Shown here in pieces: positions 50,109 to 60,577 of a DNA stretch of 64,000 nt. The DNA is from Leidyana gryllorum EB-2025a (taxonomy: Eukaryota > Protista > Apicomplexa). Under the pieces are notes generated by a model. It worked only from the letters and a program-made list of their open reading frames with translations. It searched no databases and was not told the DNA's origin. Position 1 is the first letter of the stretch, and every line of letters begins with the position of its first letter. Location of the stretch: NCBI GenBank assembly GCA_048772705.1, contig JBLWGC010000043.1:124001-188000 (forward strand), read 5' to 3'. Made by a program: the position numbers and the translations under genes.

Positions 50109-50327
50109 AGCCTGACTCCACGGCATTGTCAACGGGACTGGCTGCTTAAGGTAAGTCTTGTCCATACGTGTGCAGGTGAAGGCTGTACACGCGCGCGCCA
50201 AGACATTTGAGGCAAGACCTTAGCTGTAGCACATAGGTAGCGTTAGGTCCAACTTAGATGCTTTTTAGAAAAGGAAAAAAGGGGGGAACGAACTCGACAG
50301 TCGGCACTCACCCTGGAGCACAACAAG

Positions 50328-50346
50328 TGGTGGACGACCTGGGTAT
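50328..50346 (+). other. Primer-binding site complementary to tRNA-Ala
   Basis: TGGTGGACGACCTGGGTAT = anti-CCA plus the 3' end of the Ala genes at 9342 and 7646. Confidence 0.92.
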
Positions 50347-50355
50347 TCATCCAAC

Positions 50356-51354
50356 ATGGCCGACGAAGAATCAAGTAGCGCACCGTCCGAACCGCCCTTC
50401 GACCCAGCCCTGATGGGGCAGATGATGGCGGCCTTCTTAGCGCAGATGAGGGAGACGGGCGTCACACCGGGCTTCCAAGTCGAGCGGGCGCTCAACTGGG
50501 CGGACTTACCCGTGTTCCCGGGGAGGTGCGATCGGGTGGACGCATGGTTCTCCACTCTGGAAACCAAACTCAAAGCGAACCGGCTAAGTGAGGACAAGTG
50601 GGCTAGCAAGTTCTTGGAGTGTCCACGAGTCGGTGACGAGTTGAAGCGGCGAGTCAGCAACATCGAAGAAAATCCGCTAACCTACGCTACCATCCGACGC
50701 GTCTGTCTGGAAGTGTATGGGCCAGCGAATCCCGTGGGTTTTTTCCGGAGCAAAATCTGGCGGGTGAGAGGAAGGACCCGGGAGGAAGTGTTGCCCAAGC
50801 TGGAAGACGCCTTGGCGTTGCACAATCGAGCAGCGAGGGACGAAGACAAACCCGAATGGGAGGACTGGGACCTCATCTACCCGTTTGTGGAAGCTTTCCC
50901 GGCTGAAGTCGGCGAGAAGCTGCGGGCTGAGATACGCTCTGTTATGCGCCTGCCAAACCCCTTTCGAGAATTGGTTGCCCGAGCCCCGAGCCGCGATGAG
51001 GAGGCGACTGAGGAGAACATACCCTTGGTGGCTGCGATAGCCGAGAGCGAAAGGCCTCAAAAGAGACGGCGCTCCACCGAACATGGACTAGTCGCTGTGC
51101 TAAGCAAGCTAGAATCCACCATGGCCACCCTGCGGCCCCAAAAAATGAGTCGGGTCCCTTGCGCTGGCTGTGGCGGAAACTGCAGTGACCGAGCACAATG
51201 CCCCGCCCAAGGCCGGACCTGCCATCAGTGCGGAAAGGCAAACCACTTTGCGAGAGTGTGTCGACGCCCTGGCTCCCGCCCGGCGCCTGAAACCGCCCGC
51301 CGGAGTCCGGACCACCCTTTTCGCCGGCGCTCCGATATGTCTCCGCAGTCGTGA
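50356..51354 (+). CDS. gag: Gag polyprotein, 332 aa
   Basis: ATG just after the PBS; CHQCGKANHFARVC knuckle. Confidence 0.92.
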   Translation: MADEESSSAPSEPPFDPALMGQMMAAFLAQMRETGVTPGFQVERALNWADLPVFPGRCDRVDAWFSTLETKLKANRLSEDKWASKFLECPRVGDELKRRVSNIEENPLTYATIRRVCLEVYGPANPVGFFRSKIWRVRGRTREEVLPKLEDALALHNRAARDEDKPEWEDWDLIYPFVEAFPAEVGEKLRAEIRSVMRLPNPFRELVARAPSRDEEATEENIPLVAAIAESERPQKRRRSTEHGLVAVLSKLESTMATLRPQKMSRVPCAGCGGNCSDRAQCPAQGRTCHQCGKANHFARVCRRPGSRPAPETARRSPDHPFRRRSDMSPQS

Positions 51355-54300
51355 CCACCACGGTTGTCCGGCCAGCTGTCGTCGCCGTCCGTCATGGTCA
51401 CACCTGGTTGGAGGCACTGGTGGACACGGGGGCCCAAGTGTCTGTTGTGCGGCATGCCGTGTTGTCGACCTTGAAGCCAGCACCGGTACCTGTCTCACGA
51501 GAGACCACGTTACGAACGGCCGGTAAAAGTGGACTGTCGGTCGTAGGGGTAGTAGACCTATGGCTAACTCTCGGCCGGAGTACCCGAAAAGGACGGTTCC
51601 ACATCGCAAAAGACTTAAGTCACCAAGTCATCCTAGGGCTGGGCACACTACAGGCCTGGAATGTCACTCCGATGCCCAAAAAAGAAGCTGTGACGGTGGA
51701 CGGTGAAGTACTCCCCTTCCTCCCCGTCCAAACGACTCCCATAATCGCGACTGTGGCCACAAAAGAGTTGAAACTCACCTTCGGCACCCAACTGACTCCT
51801 ACACAACGAGCTAGTGTCGAGGCCCTATTGCGGGAGGACATGTTCGCGTCCGACGCTCGCCCCTATGGCTGTGCCGCCGGATATGAGCATGCTATTGACA
51901 CGGGTGATGCGCGGCCACTCGCTACGGCAGTACGCAGGGTGAGCCCAGCGGAACGCGATATTATCGAGAAGGAAGTAAATCGCATGCTCGCCTGCGGTGC
52001 AGTGGTACCCTCCAACTCCCCTTGGGCGTCTGGCATCGTGCTGGTGAGGAAAAAGGATGGCAGCACGCGGTTCTGTTGTGACTTCCGGCCGCTAAACAAG
52101 GTCACTAAAAAGGACGTTTACCCGTTACCCAACATTGCCGACCTCTTGGGAGCACTAGCGGGTGCACGGTACTTCACGTCCCTGGATGCTGCCGCCGGTT
52201 ACTGGCAAATCCCCCTCAGAGTGGAAGATCGGCCCAAGACGGCGTTCATCTCCCCGCTAGGCTTGTTTGAGTGGACGGTTATGCCTTTCGGTCTCTGCAA
52301 TGCCCCTGCGACGTATCAGCGGATGATGCACGAAGTGTTAGCCGGACTACTATGGCAGGGATGTTTGGTCTACCTCGATGATATCCTAATCTGGGGTCGG
52401 ACGCTGGAAGAACATAATGAGCGGCTCAAAAAAGTGTTGGAGCGTCTCCACCGCCACGGAATACTGCTCAAACCAGCCAAGTGCACCTTCGCGGAGCCCA
52501 AAACAACTTTCCTCGGCTTCGTGGTGTCGGATAAGGGCATCCACCCGGATGAAAAGAAGCTGGCAAAGGTGCGCCAATTCCCGGTCCCCACCGACCGAAA
52601 CGAGGTACGATCCTTTCTGGGACTCGCGGGGTATTACCGGAGGTTTGTGCGGAACTTCGCTACGCTCGCTAAGCCGCTCAGCGACCTCTTGGCCCAGGAG
52701 ACGCCTTGGAAGTGGACGGAGGTGGAGCAGCAGGCCTTCGAGACCATCCGAGCGAGTGTGGCTGCCGACGCTACCCTCGACCATCCCGACTGGTCCCAGC
52801 CGTTCGTCGTGGACACGGACGCGTCGGACTTTGGCATCGGATGCGTACTGAGCCAGGTGGGAGAAGGCAAGGAAGAGCGGATTGTCATGGTTGAGTCACG
52901 CAAACTCACGGCGGGTGAACAGAAGTGGCACATACGGGAGAAAGAGGCCTTAGCTGTGGTCTGGGCGCTGCAAAAGTTCCGGCCGTACATCCTCGGCAGG
53001 CCGTTCGAAGTTCGGACCGATCACTCCAGTCTGCAGTGGCTGTTGGAAGCTACCAGTGGACGCCTGGTACGTTGGGCCCTACTGTTGCAAGAGTACACGC
53101 CATTCGACATCAAGCACCGGAGTGGAAAGCAACACTGCAACGCTGACGCTTTCACACGCATTTCCTACGAGGATGAAGGTATGCCAGACCACGCGTTCGT
53201 CTGTGCTGTGGATTGGCAGGTGCTACCGGACGAAAAAAGACTCAAAGAGGCGCAAGCGACCGATCCCGCGTGTCAGAAGCTGACCCGACTCGGTAAAGCG
53301 GTTCAAAAAAATGGAATCATAGGTCTTAAGGGGTCTCGCGGCTGGAAACCTATCCTACCAGCAGTCCTAGCACCGGAGGTACTCCAAATGTGGCACAAAA
53401 ACCCTTTGGGAGCTCATCTGGGAGCCCGTAAGCTGCTGGGAACGCTTGCGGCCCGCTACGTTATCCCGGCCGGCGCCAGTCTTGCCCGCGCGGTGACTCG
53501 CGGCTGCCTTGCCTGTGCACGGCGCAAGCCGAGTCCGACTCGCTTCGGCCTGTTGGCTTCTTCACCACCCACGAGCCCGTGGCATACTGTGGCGATGGAC
53601 TTCGCGGGGCCTTACGATGTGTCGGATGACGGCAACCGTTACGTGCTCGTGTTCGTTGACCATTTCACCAAGTGGACGGAACTGGTGGCTACGCCTAACC
53701 AGACTGCCTCTACGGTGTTGCGTGCCTTCTATGAACGTATTGTGTGTCGCCACGGCTGCCCTGTCCGGCTGTTGTCCGACAACGGTCCGCAGTTCAGGTC
53801 TGAATTGGTACAGTCTGTCTGCGCCTACTTTGGTATCGCTAAAATATACACGTCTGCGTACTATCCGCAGGGCGATGGGCAAGCTGAACGGTTCATGCGT
53901 ACCCTAAACAACTCTCTTGCCGCGCTGAGTATCCACAGCCCTCGCGAGTGGGACGTATTCTTACCGGGGTTACAGTTCGCATACAACGCGGCACCCCATG
54001 AGGCCATAAAGATGTCTCCGTTCGAGCTGAACACGGGACGTGTCCCTCGCCTGCCCGGGGAGGCGACGTTACCTAACCAAATTCATTCAACACGACATAC
54101 AAACTACATAAAAAAATTACGGAGTGTCGTCAAGAACCACTTACAAAGAGCCACGGAGCGCGCAGAAGCCTATTGGAACACGATGAAGGACGCCTACGAT
54201 GCCCACCACACGGACAAGGAGCTAACTCTAGGCTCTTGGGTGTTAGAGAAGCTCACGGACAAGGAGAGAGCCGAGTATCCGGTGACCAAGCTCGCTCCGC

Positions 54301-54893
54301 GTTGGTCCAGGCCGATGCGAGTCCAAGAACGACTCACTAACGGTGTCACGTACCGTCTGTGTACCGAAGAGGGCCACATAGTCACTTCCCACATTTCCCG
54401 ACTTTTGCCCCTCGATGCCGATTATTGGGAGTTTCAAAAGTGCGAGTACTTTCCAACCAGTACACCTTTTCGCGTTCCGAGTTCAAATGAGAAGACAGTG
54501 GAAACTGAAGAAGACGATGAGCCTATACGTATCACGTGGGGGTGTAGGAATGACATACCTGATTTCGGACCCCAAGTCAACAGGGTGCCACTTCGCCCCG
54601 AACCCGACACGATGTCCGACCCTCCAGCTCAAGCAAGAGGTCCAGGCACCAGGCTCACCTCTTTGACGAGTCGGCAAGCGGATCCGGTACAGTTCTACGA
54701 AGTCAGGAAAATCGTCGCTCGGAAGCGGGAAAATCGAGGGTCTGAGCCCTACTACCGAGTCCGCTGGACGGGATATCCCCCTGAAGAGGACACCTGGGAG
54801 CCACGGTCTCGCCTCTTGGAGGACGTGCCTAGCCTCGTCCGCAGGTTCGACCAGAAGCACCCTCGAGCTAGTGGGACACAAGCTCGCAGGTAG
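51351..54893 (+). CDS. pol: Pol polyprotein (protease, RT, RNase H, integrase, chromodomain), in the -1 frame relative to gag
   Basis: LVDTGA, YLDD, TDASD, H..H..CLAC, MDF/SDNG/AER, YEVRKIV...YRVRWTGYPPEEDTWEP; no stop over 1180 codons. Confidence 0.96.
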   Translation: MTTTVVRPAVVAVRHGHTWLEALVDTGAQVSVVRHAVLSTLKPAPVPVSRETTLRTAGKSGLSVVGVVDLWLTLGRSTRKGRFHIAKDLSHQVILGLGTLQAWNVTPMPKKEAVTVDGEVLPFLPVQTTPIIATVATKELKLTFGTQLTPTQRASVEALLREDMFASDARPYGCAAGYEHAIDTGDARPLATAVRRVSPAERDIIEKEVNRMLACGAVVPSNSPWASGIVLVRKKDGSTRFCCDFRPLNKVTKKDVYPLPNIADLLGALAGARYFTSLDAAAGYWQIPLRVEDRPKTAFISPLGLFEWTVMPFGLCNAPATYQRMMHEVLAGLLWQGCLVYLDDILIWGRTLEEHNERLKKVLERLHRHGILLKPAKCTFAEPKTTFLGFVVSDKGIHPDEKKLAKVRQFPVPTDRNEVRSFLGLAGYYRRFVRNFATLAKPLSDLLAQETPWKWTEVEQQAFETIRASVAADATLDHPDWSQPFVVDTDASDFGIGCVLSQVGEGKEERIVMVESRKLTAGEQKWHIREKEALAVVWALQKFRPYILGRPFEVRTDHSSLQWLLEATSGRLVRWALLLQEYTPFDIKHRSGKQHCNADAFTRISYEDEGMPDHAFVCAVDWQVLPDEKRLKEAQATDPACQKLTRLGKAVQKNGIIGLKGSRGWKPILPAVLAPEVLQMWHKNPLGAHLGARKLLGTLAARYVIPAGASLARAVTRGCLACARRKPSPTRFGLLASSPPTSPWHTVAMDFAGPYDVSDDGNRYVLVFVDHFTKWTELVATPNQTASTVLRAFYERIVCRHGCPVRLLSDNGPQFRSELVQSVCAYFGIAKIYTSAYYPQGDGQAERFMRTLNNSLAALSIHSPREWDVFLPGLQFAYNAAPHEAIKMSPFELNTGRVPRLPGEATLPNQIHSTRHTNYIKKLRSVVKNHLQRATERAEAYWNTMKDAYDAHHTDKELTLGSWVLEKLTDKERAEYPVTKLAPRWSRPMRVQERLTNGVTYRLCTEEGHIVTSHISRLLPLDADYWEFQKCEYFPTSTPFRVPSSNEKTVETEEDDEPIRITWGCRNDIPDFGPQVNRVPLRPEPDTMSDPPAQARGPGTRLTSLTSRQADPVQFYEVRKIVARKRENRGSEPYYRVRWTGYPPEEDTWEPRSRLLEDVPSLVRRFDQKHPRASGTQARR

Positions 54894-54897
54894 GGGG

Positions 54898-55276
54898 TGT
54901 AACCTTCTTGAGGGTTATACGCGGTTGGGTGGACCTCGCGTCCATTGCGGAGTGTCATAGGTACGTGATCTATCGGTTCCATCGGTCTAGAGGTGAGTGG
55001 CAAGGAACAGCAAAAAGGTAAGTCACACTAGGGTAAGTTCTCGATCTAGAATCTATCTTGCTGTCTGTCTTGTCTGTGTCTCCGTATGTGTGCCGGCCGG
55101 CTGGCCGGCACGAGACGGAGACACAGACACGTGGACATATTGGCTGCGGCCAAATGTCGTCATACTATCCGCCTTTGGCGTAGCAGACGGCCTCCGAGGA
55201 CCGTCCCTTCCTCCGGACTGAGTTGTGTCGGTCGGTCCAGTAAAGGGGTTCGGGGTTCGGGTAACGTCGTGTTACA
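54898..55276 (-). mobile_element. Solo LTR inserted into the PPT
   Basis: TGTAAC...GTTACA, TSD ggggg. Confidence 0.9.
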
Positions 55277-55286
55277 GGGGGAGTGT

Positions 55287-55925
55287 TGTTGTGGTGTACC
55301 AGTTAGTGCAATGGGAAGTGTCTTGTGCTCGCAACCTGGAGGTCGCAGGATCGAATCCACGGCCCTGCACTTCGCCCTTGGCTAGCCACCTCGACCGGCA
55401 CATAGCTGCCCTTAGTATTGTGATCCAGTAGTGCAGTGGTAACTACTCGGACTTGGGACCCGCAGGTCGGCGGATCGAATCCCACCTCGGACAACTGTGC
55501 CAAGACCCCCAGGTGACGGGTGAGGGCAGGTCGAGGATGGAGGACGGGTGGGGGAGCCCCCAGAAGGCCCCACAGTGTCGTACACGCAACGTCTAAGCTG
55601 CACACTGGTCTGCAGTGCCACGTCATGTTTTGCGACTGCGCCAATAGCACAATGGTAATGACTACGGACTTATGTTCTGAAGGTCGGTGGTTCGAGTCTC
55701 CCCTCGGACAAGCCTGACTCTACGGCATTGTCAACGGGGCTGGCTACCTACGGTAAGTCTTGTCCATACGTGTGCAGGTGAAGGCTGTACACGCGCGAGC
55801 CAAGACATTTGGGGCAAGACCTTAGCCGTAGCACATAGGTAGCGTTAGGTCCAACTTAGATGCTTTTTAGAAAAGGAAAAAGGGGGAACGAACTCGACAG
55901 TCGGCACTCACCCTGCAGCACAACA
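55287..55925 (+). repeat. 3' LTR with the same three tRNA-derived units (~55297-55369, 55422-55493, 55638-55710)
   Basis: Direct repeat of 49686-50325. Confidence 0.95.
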
Positions 55926-56100
55926 GCTGTGTCAAGACTGTCCATTCGGATGTCAGTTCTGGGGTCCACTTGATCTCCTCCGTTGGTGGTTTGGCCTCGT
56001 TGAGAACTCGGTGAAATGGTTTGGTTAGCGCTGAGAACATAGGTATGAAACGCGAGAAGTACGTCATGGCGCCTATCAGCGACCGCAGCACTCGCATTGT
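55926..56100 (-). mobile_element. Gypsy RT fragment
   Basis: LRSLIGAMTYFSRFIP. Confidence 0.75.
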
Positions 56101-56109
56101 CAGTGAAGT

Positions 56110-59100
56110 TATTTAAGGCCAAGTGGGCCCTGGCAGCAGGCAGCAGGCGGTGGAGATCCGCCATCACCACAGTGACCGGATGCGGAACTTATGAAGAGCT
56201 AGTGATGGAGGTAGCGAACTCACAATTTACCACGATAATTATTTAGCGGAGCTGGAACGACAAATCCTGTACCCTGAAGAACAGAAGACAGTGCAGGACG
56301 CTGTCGATCTCATAGTACTCAAGGCAGAAAGAGCAGTTAGGTTAGCGCGCAGTAGAGGATATGAAGAGATAGAAGCGGCACTGGGGGAGCGAAGGATCGC
56401 TCAAGGGTTAAAAATGGCGTTACCCAAAACTGTGGCAGCCCGGGTCATGATGGAAGCAGAATGGAAGCTGAGCAATGGGCTAGTGGACCGAGCACTGAGA
56501 ACTGAACAGATGAGGTGGGAGTTGATGATTGCGGAGCAATCGTTGTTTCTAGCTAGTGAGAGCACGCACTCAGACAACAGGACGGAGACCAGGGAACTGC
56601 CACGGATGCCTAGGCCAGCACTTCCGGAGAGATTGCCCGCACGCAGATTCTGTTTGCCGCAGATGTGGTAAGAAGGGCCACCTTGCAAGAGCATGCCTGG
56701 TGACAGTGGTGCCTGACTGTATGGGCGGAAAGCAGGTGGGGTAACCATCACCGTGGAGGGTGATGGCACCAAGGCCACCAGTTTGCAGAAGGCACAGCGA
56801 CTCATTCAGCGGAACATTCCCCCTCAGGCACAGCAGATGGTTGATATAAATACGGTGGAAGAACTAAGAGGAGGTCAGCCAGCAGGAGTGAGTGCCAACG
56901 TGCGATGGAAGAGGGCGAGCTGAGTGCTGACGAATACACCGCAGCCGCGATGGATGTTCAAGGTTTTAGGAGTCTGTGATGGGCAAGACGTGCAGATGCT
57001 GATGGATACTGGAGCAGCCAGATCCATGTGTGGACGAGCAGTAGCGAAGAAATTGAAATTGGAAGATACTGCTCAAGTATTGAACTTCGTAGGCCTAGGA
57101 CGAAGGACTGCCAGGCAGCAGAAACCCGTTGAGATGCAAATAGGAGATCGAGTGATTCAGGTGGAGTTTTACCTATTGGATGAGGAGGAGTTCCCTGCAC
57201 TATTAGGATATGCGGAACTAACGAAGCTAAGAGCTCTGATCGACACTGTGAACTTTGTGTTGAAGGATGTGGACTCACAGCGTATAATAGCTCATGCAGT
57301 AGAAGAGCAGCTAGTGGCTGTGATGGAGCCGGAAATGAACACGATTGAGGAAGGTTCTGAATTACAGCTCAAATGGCTGAAAGCAGTTGAACACCTACGA
57401 GATGAAAGCAAGGAGGAGATCTCCACAATCTTCATGGAATATCGAAAGTGTTGGATGGACCCAAAAGCTAGGTGGCATCCGGAATGCAGCAGCTCGACTG
57501 GAAGTTCAGGGGCGCCCCGTCAAGGAGCCGATGCGGAGGTTGTCGCCAGTGCTGAAGGAGGTTCAAGAGAAGGAAATGGATAAGCTACTGAAGGAAAGGG
57601 CAATCCGCCCGAGTAAGTCAGCTTGGGGAAGTGCACCAGTCTTCATCAGGAAGAAGGACGGATCGTGGCGGCTATGCATTGACTACCGCCCGCTCAACAG
57701 GCTGATGAAAGCCGATTCCTACCCTCTGCCACTGATCTGGGACCAGCTTCAGACGATAGCCGGCAAGACGAGGTATACAAGTTTAGATTGCTACTCAGGT
57801 TTCTGGCACATGCCACTAGAGGAGAGTTCGAAGGAGTACACTGCTTTCGTCACACATAGAGGTACATTCGAGTTCAATGTGCTACCGTTTGGGATCAAGA
57901 CAAGCGGGTCAGAGTTTCAAAGGGTCATGGATGATACATTCGGAGATCTATACAACGCAGGCGTCTTTTGTTATGTTGACGACATCGTGATAGCGGCACA
58001 GACTAAGGAAGATCACGACCGAGTACTGAAAGAAGTCCTAAAACGAGCCTGTGAAAGAGGTCTATCGCTGAAAATGGAGAAGTCGGAGACTGATGTTGTG
58101 CTCCAGGGTGAGTGCCGACTGTCGAGTTCGTTCCCCTTTTTTCCTTTTCTAAAAAGCATCTAAGTTGGACCTAACGCTACCTATGTGCTACGGCTAAGGT
58201 CTTGCCTCAAATGTCTTAGCGCCTGCGTGTACAGCCTTCACCTGCACACGTATGGACAAGACTTACCTTAAGTAGCCAGTCCAGTTGACAATGCCGTGGA
58301 GTCAGGCTTGTCCGCGGGGAGACTCGAACCACCGACCTTCAGAACATAAGTCCGTAGTCATTACCATTGTGCTATTGGCGCAGTCGCCGAACATGACGTG
58401 GCACTGCAGACCAGTGTGCAGCTTAGACGTTGCGTGTACGACGCTGTGGGGCCTTCCGGGGGCTCCCCCACCCGTCCTCCATGCTCGACCTGCCCTCACC
58501 CGTCACCTGGGGTCTTGGCACAGTTGTCCGAGGTGGGATTCGATCCGCCGACCTGCGGGTCCCAAGTCCGAGTAGTTACCACTGCACTACTGGATCACAA
58601 TACTAAGGGCAGCCATGTGCCGGTCGAGGTGGCTAGCCAAGGGCGAAGTGCAGGGCCGTGGATTCGATCCTGCGACCTCCAGGTTGCGAGCACAAGACAC
58701 TTCCCATTGCACTAACTGATACACCACAACAACTGACAAGGAGGAGATTGAAGTTTTAGGGCACAAAGTGGGGAGTGCAGGAATTGCCCCGGCACCGAAG
58801 AAAGTGCAAGGGATCATCCAGGCCAGTCCACCGCAGGATAAGAAAGTACTGAAGTCATTTTTAGGCACTGTGAGCTATCTCAGGCGATTCATCCCAAAAC
58901 TAGCAGCCATAGTGGAGCCTCCGACACGATTGATGAAGAAGGGGAGTGCATGGGAATGGGGATAGGAGCAAGATGAGGCATTCAAGTTTCTCAAGCAAGA
59001 ATTGGTTCGAGCTGTGATTCTGCGCGCTCCAACAGGAACGGGCTCCTTCAAGATGATGACAGACGCTTCAGATAGAGGCATTGGAGCGGTACTACTGCAG

Positions 59101-60577
59101 CTACAGGGAGGGGAATGGGTGCCAATAGAGTTTGCGAGCAAACACTGAGTGAAGCAGAACGAAGATGGGACACTCGTGAGAGAGAGGCGTTCGCGATAAA
59201 TTGGGGTGTGGATCACTTCAAAGACTACATCAAGTGCTCACACACTGTGGTGGAGACGGACCACGAAAGCTTGAAGTGGATGCACTCAGCACAGGAAGGG
59301 AAGGTCCAGCGATGGGCCATGTTTTTGCAGCAGTTTGACTTGGAGATCCGACACATCTCAGGTGAAGTTAACATGATGGCAGATTGGCTATCTAGGACTA
59401 CGGAAGATCAGGGCCTGACTGGATCGAGAGCTAGAGATGATGTCTACAGCCTGCTATGTGGGGCAGCTGTATGGAAGGACTCCCTGAATTCCCCAGCTAG
59501 CAGAGATCTTATATTGGTTTCATAGGACACGGTATGGGGGACATGTTGGAATCAACCGTACGATCAACAGGATGAAGCGACGGGTGTGGTGGAAAGGCAT
59601 GGCGCAGGATGTGAGGAGCTATGTCAACGAGTGCCTCATCTGTGCTCGAAAGGCACCGTTGCAACTTCGCAGGGACTGGCAGGGCACATTGGAAGCGGCT
59701 CGACCGCTAGAGACGATTAGTGCAGACTTTGTGGGACCTAGGAGATGGGGGGAACTGCAGGTATACTATCTAGTGATCATCGATCACTGTACCAGGTTCA
59801 TGATGACGCACCCGGTGCGGTGGCCCCCAATGGCGAAGGTCTGCAGAAATGGGTCACGGTGTTCGGGACTCCCACTACTGTGCTGACGGACAACGGAACC
59901 CATTTCAAGGTTGAATTCAAGGACTACGTCCTCAAAGATCTGCTGGCCTATCATGCCCTGACAAGCCCATACTATCCTCAAGGCAACGTCATAAACGAAG
60001 CCAGCCATAAGGGGCTTGAGGCTTGTTTGAAAGTGGCTGAAGCTGAAGCAGCACTGACATTTGAGGAGGCACTGGGAATCGCCACGCAGATCCACAACGC
60101 AACCCCGCATTCAGCGGTGAAGGAGAGTCCTTTCTATGTGTTGCTGGGGTTTGACCTCGTACTCCCAGGGCTACAGGACTGGAGGATGGACAATGAAGAG
60201 TCCATAGAGAAAGCGAAAATGGCTGGAGCTACACTACGAATGATGAAGACGAACCTGCAGGACCAACGAGCATTGGCGGTGCCTGAAGAGTCGATTAAGG
60301 AAGGCGACTACGTGATCGTTCAACTACCAGCGAACAGATGGGGAGCTAAGGAAACTGGGAGCACGGCCCGAGGCGCCTAGGCCGTCAAGTGGAGTCTACC
60401 CGCGAGGGTGATGCAAAAAAAGGGGCAACTGGAAGTTTATTACTACGGAACGCGAAAGAAAGGACTAGTCCCCATTCGAATGTGCAGGCAACTCGTCGGA
60501 CCAGTACCAGCCAGCTTAGCAACAGAAGCAGTGAAACTGCTAAAAACAGAGGCCCCAATGTTCCCAAAGGGAAGGGA
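56110..60577 (+). mobile_element. Decayed Gypsy element (related to 35900-39282)
   Basis: Gag knuckle remnant, LMDTGA, YVDD, TDASD, integrase TDNG; frameshifts. Confidence 0.88.
58094..58731 (-). mobile_element. Solo LTR of the tRNA-unit family (units ~58649-58721, 58525-58596, 58309-58381)
   Basis: Inverted copy of 49686-50325 with perfect TSD actga, splitting an RT. Confidence 0.95.

Larger units (their letters stand above)
49686..50325 (+). repeat. 5' LTR
   Basis: Direct repeat of 55287-55925; 7-bp terminal inverted repeat. Confidence 0.95.
49686..55925 (+). mobile_element. Full-length chromodomain Ty3/Gypsy element with tRNA-derived units in its LTRs
   Basis: LTRs 49686-50325 and 55287-55925 (TGTTGTG...CACAACA, about 19 differences by eye), PBS, open gag and pol. 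Confidence 0.95.

Noticed and set aside
50227-50237. Fourth A-box-like word TAGCACATAGG in the LTR
   Set aside because: No B-box at tRNA spacing downstream.
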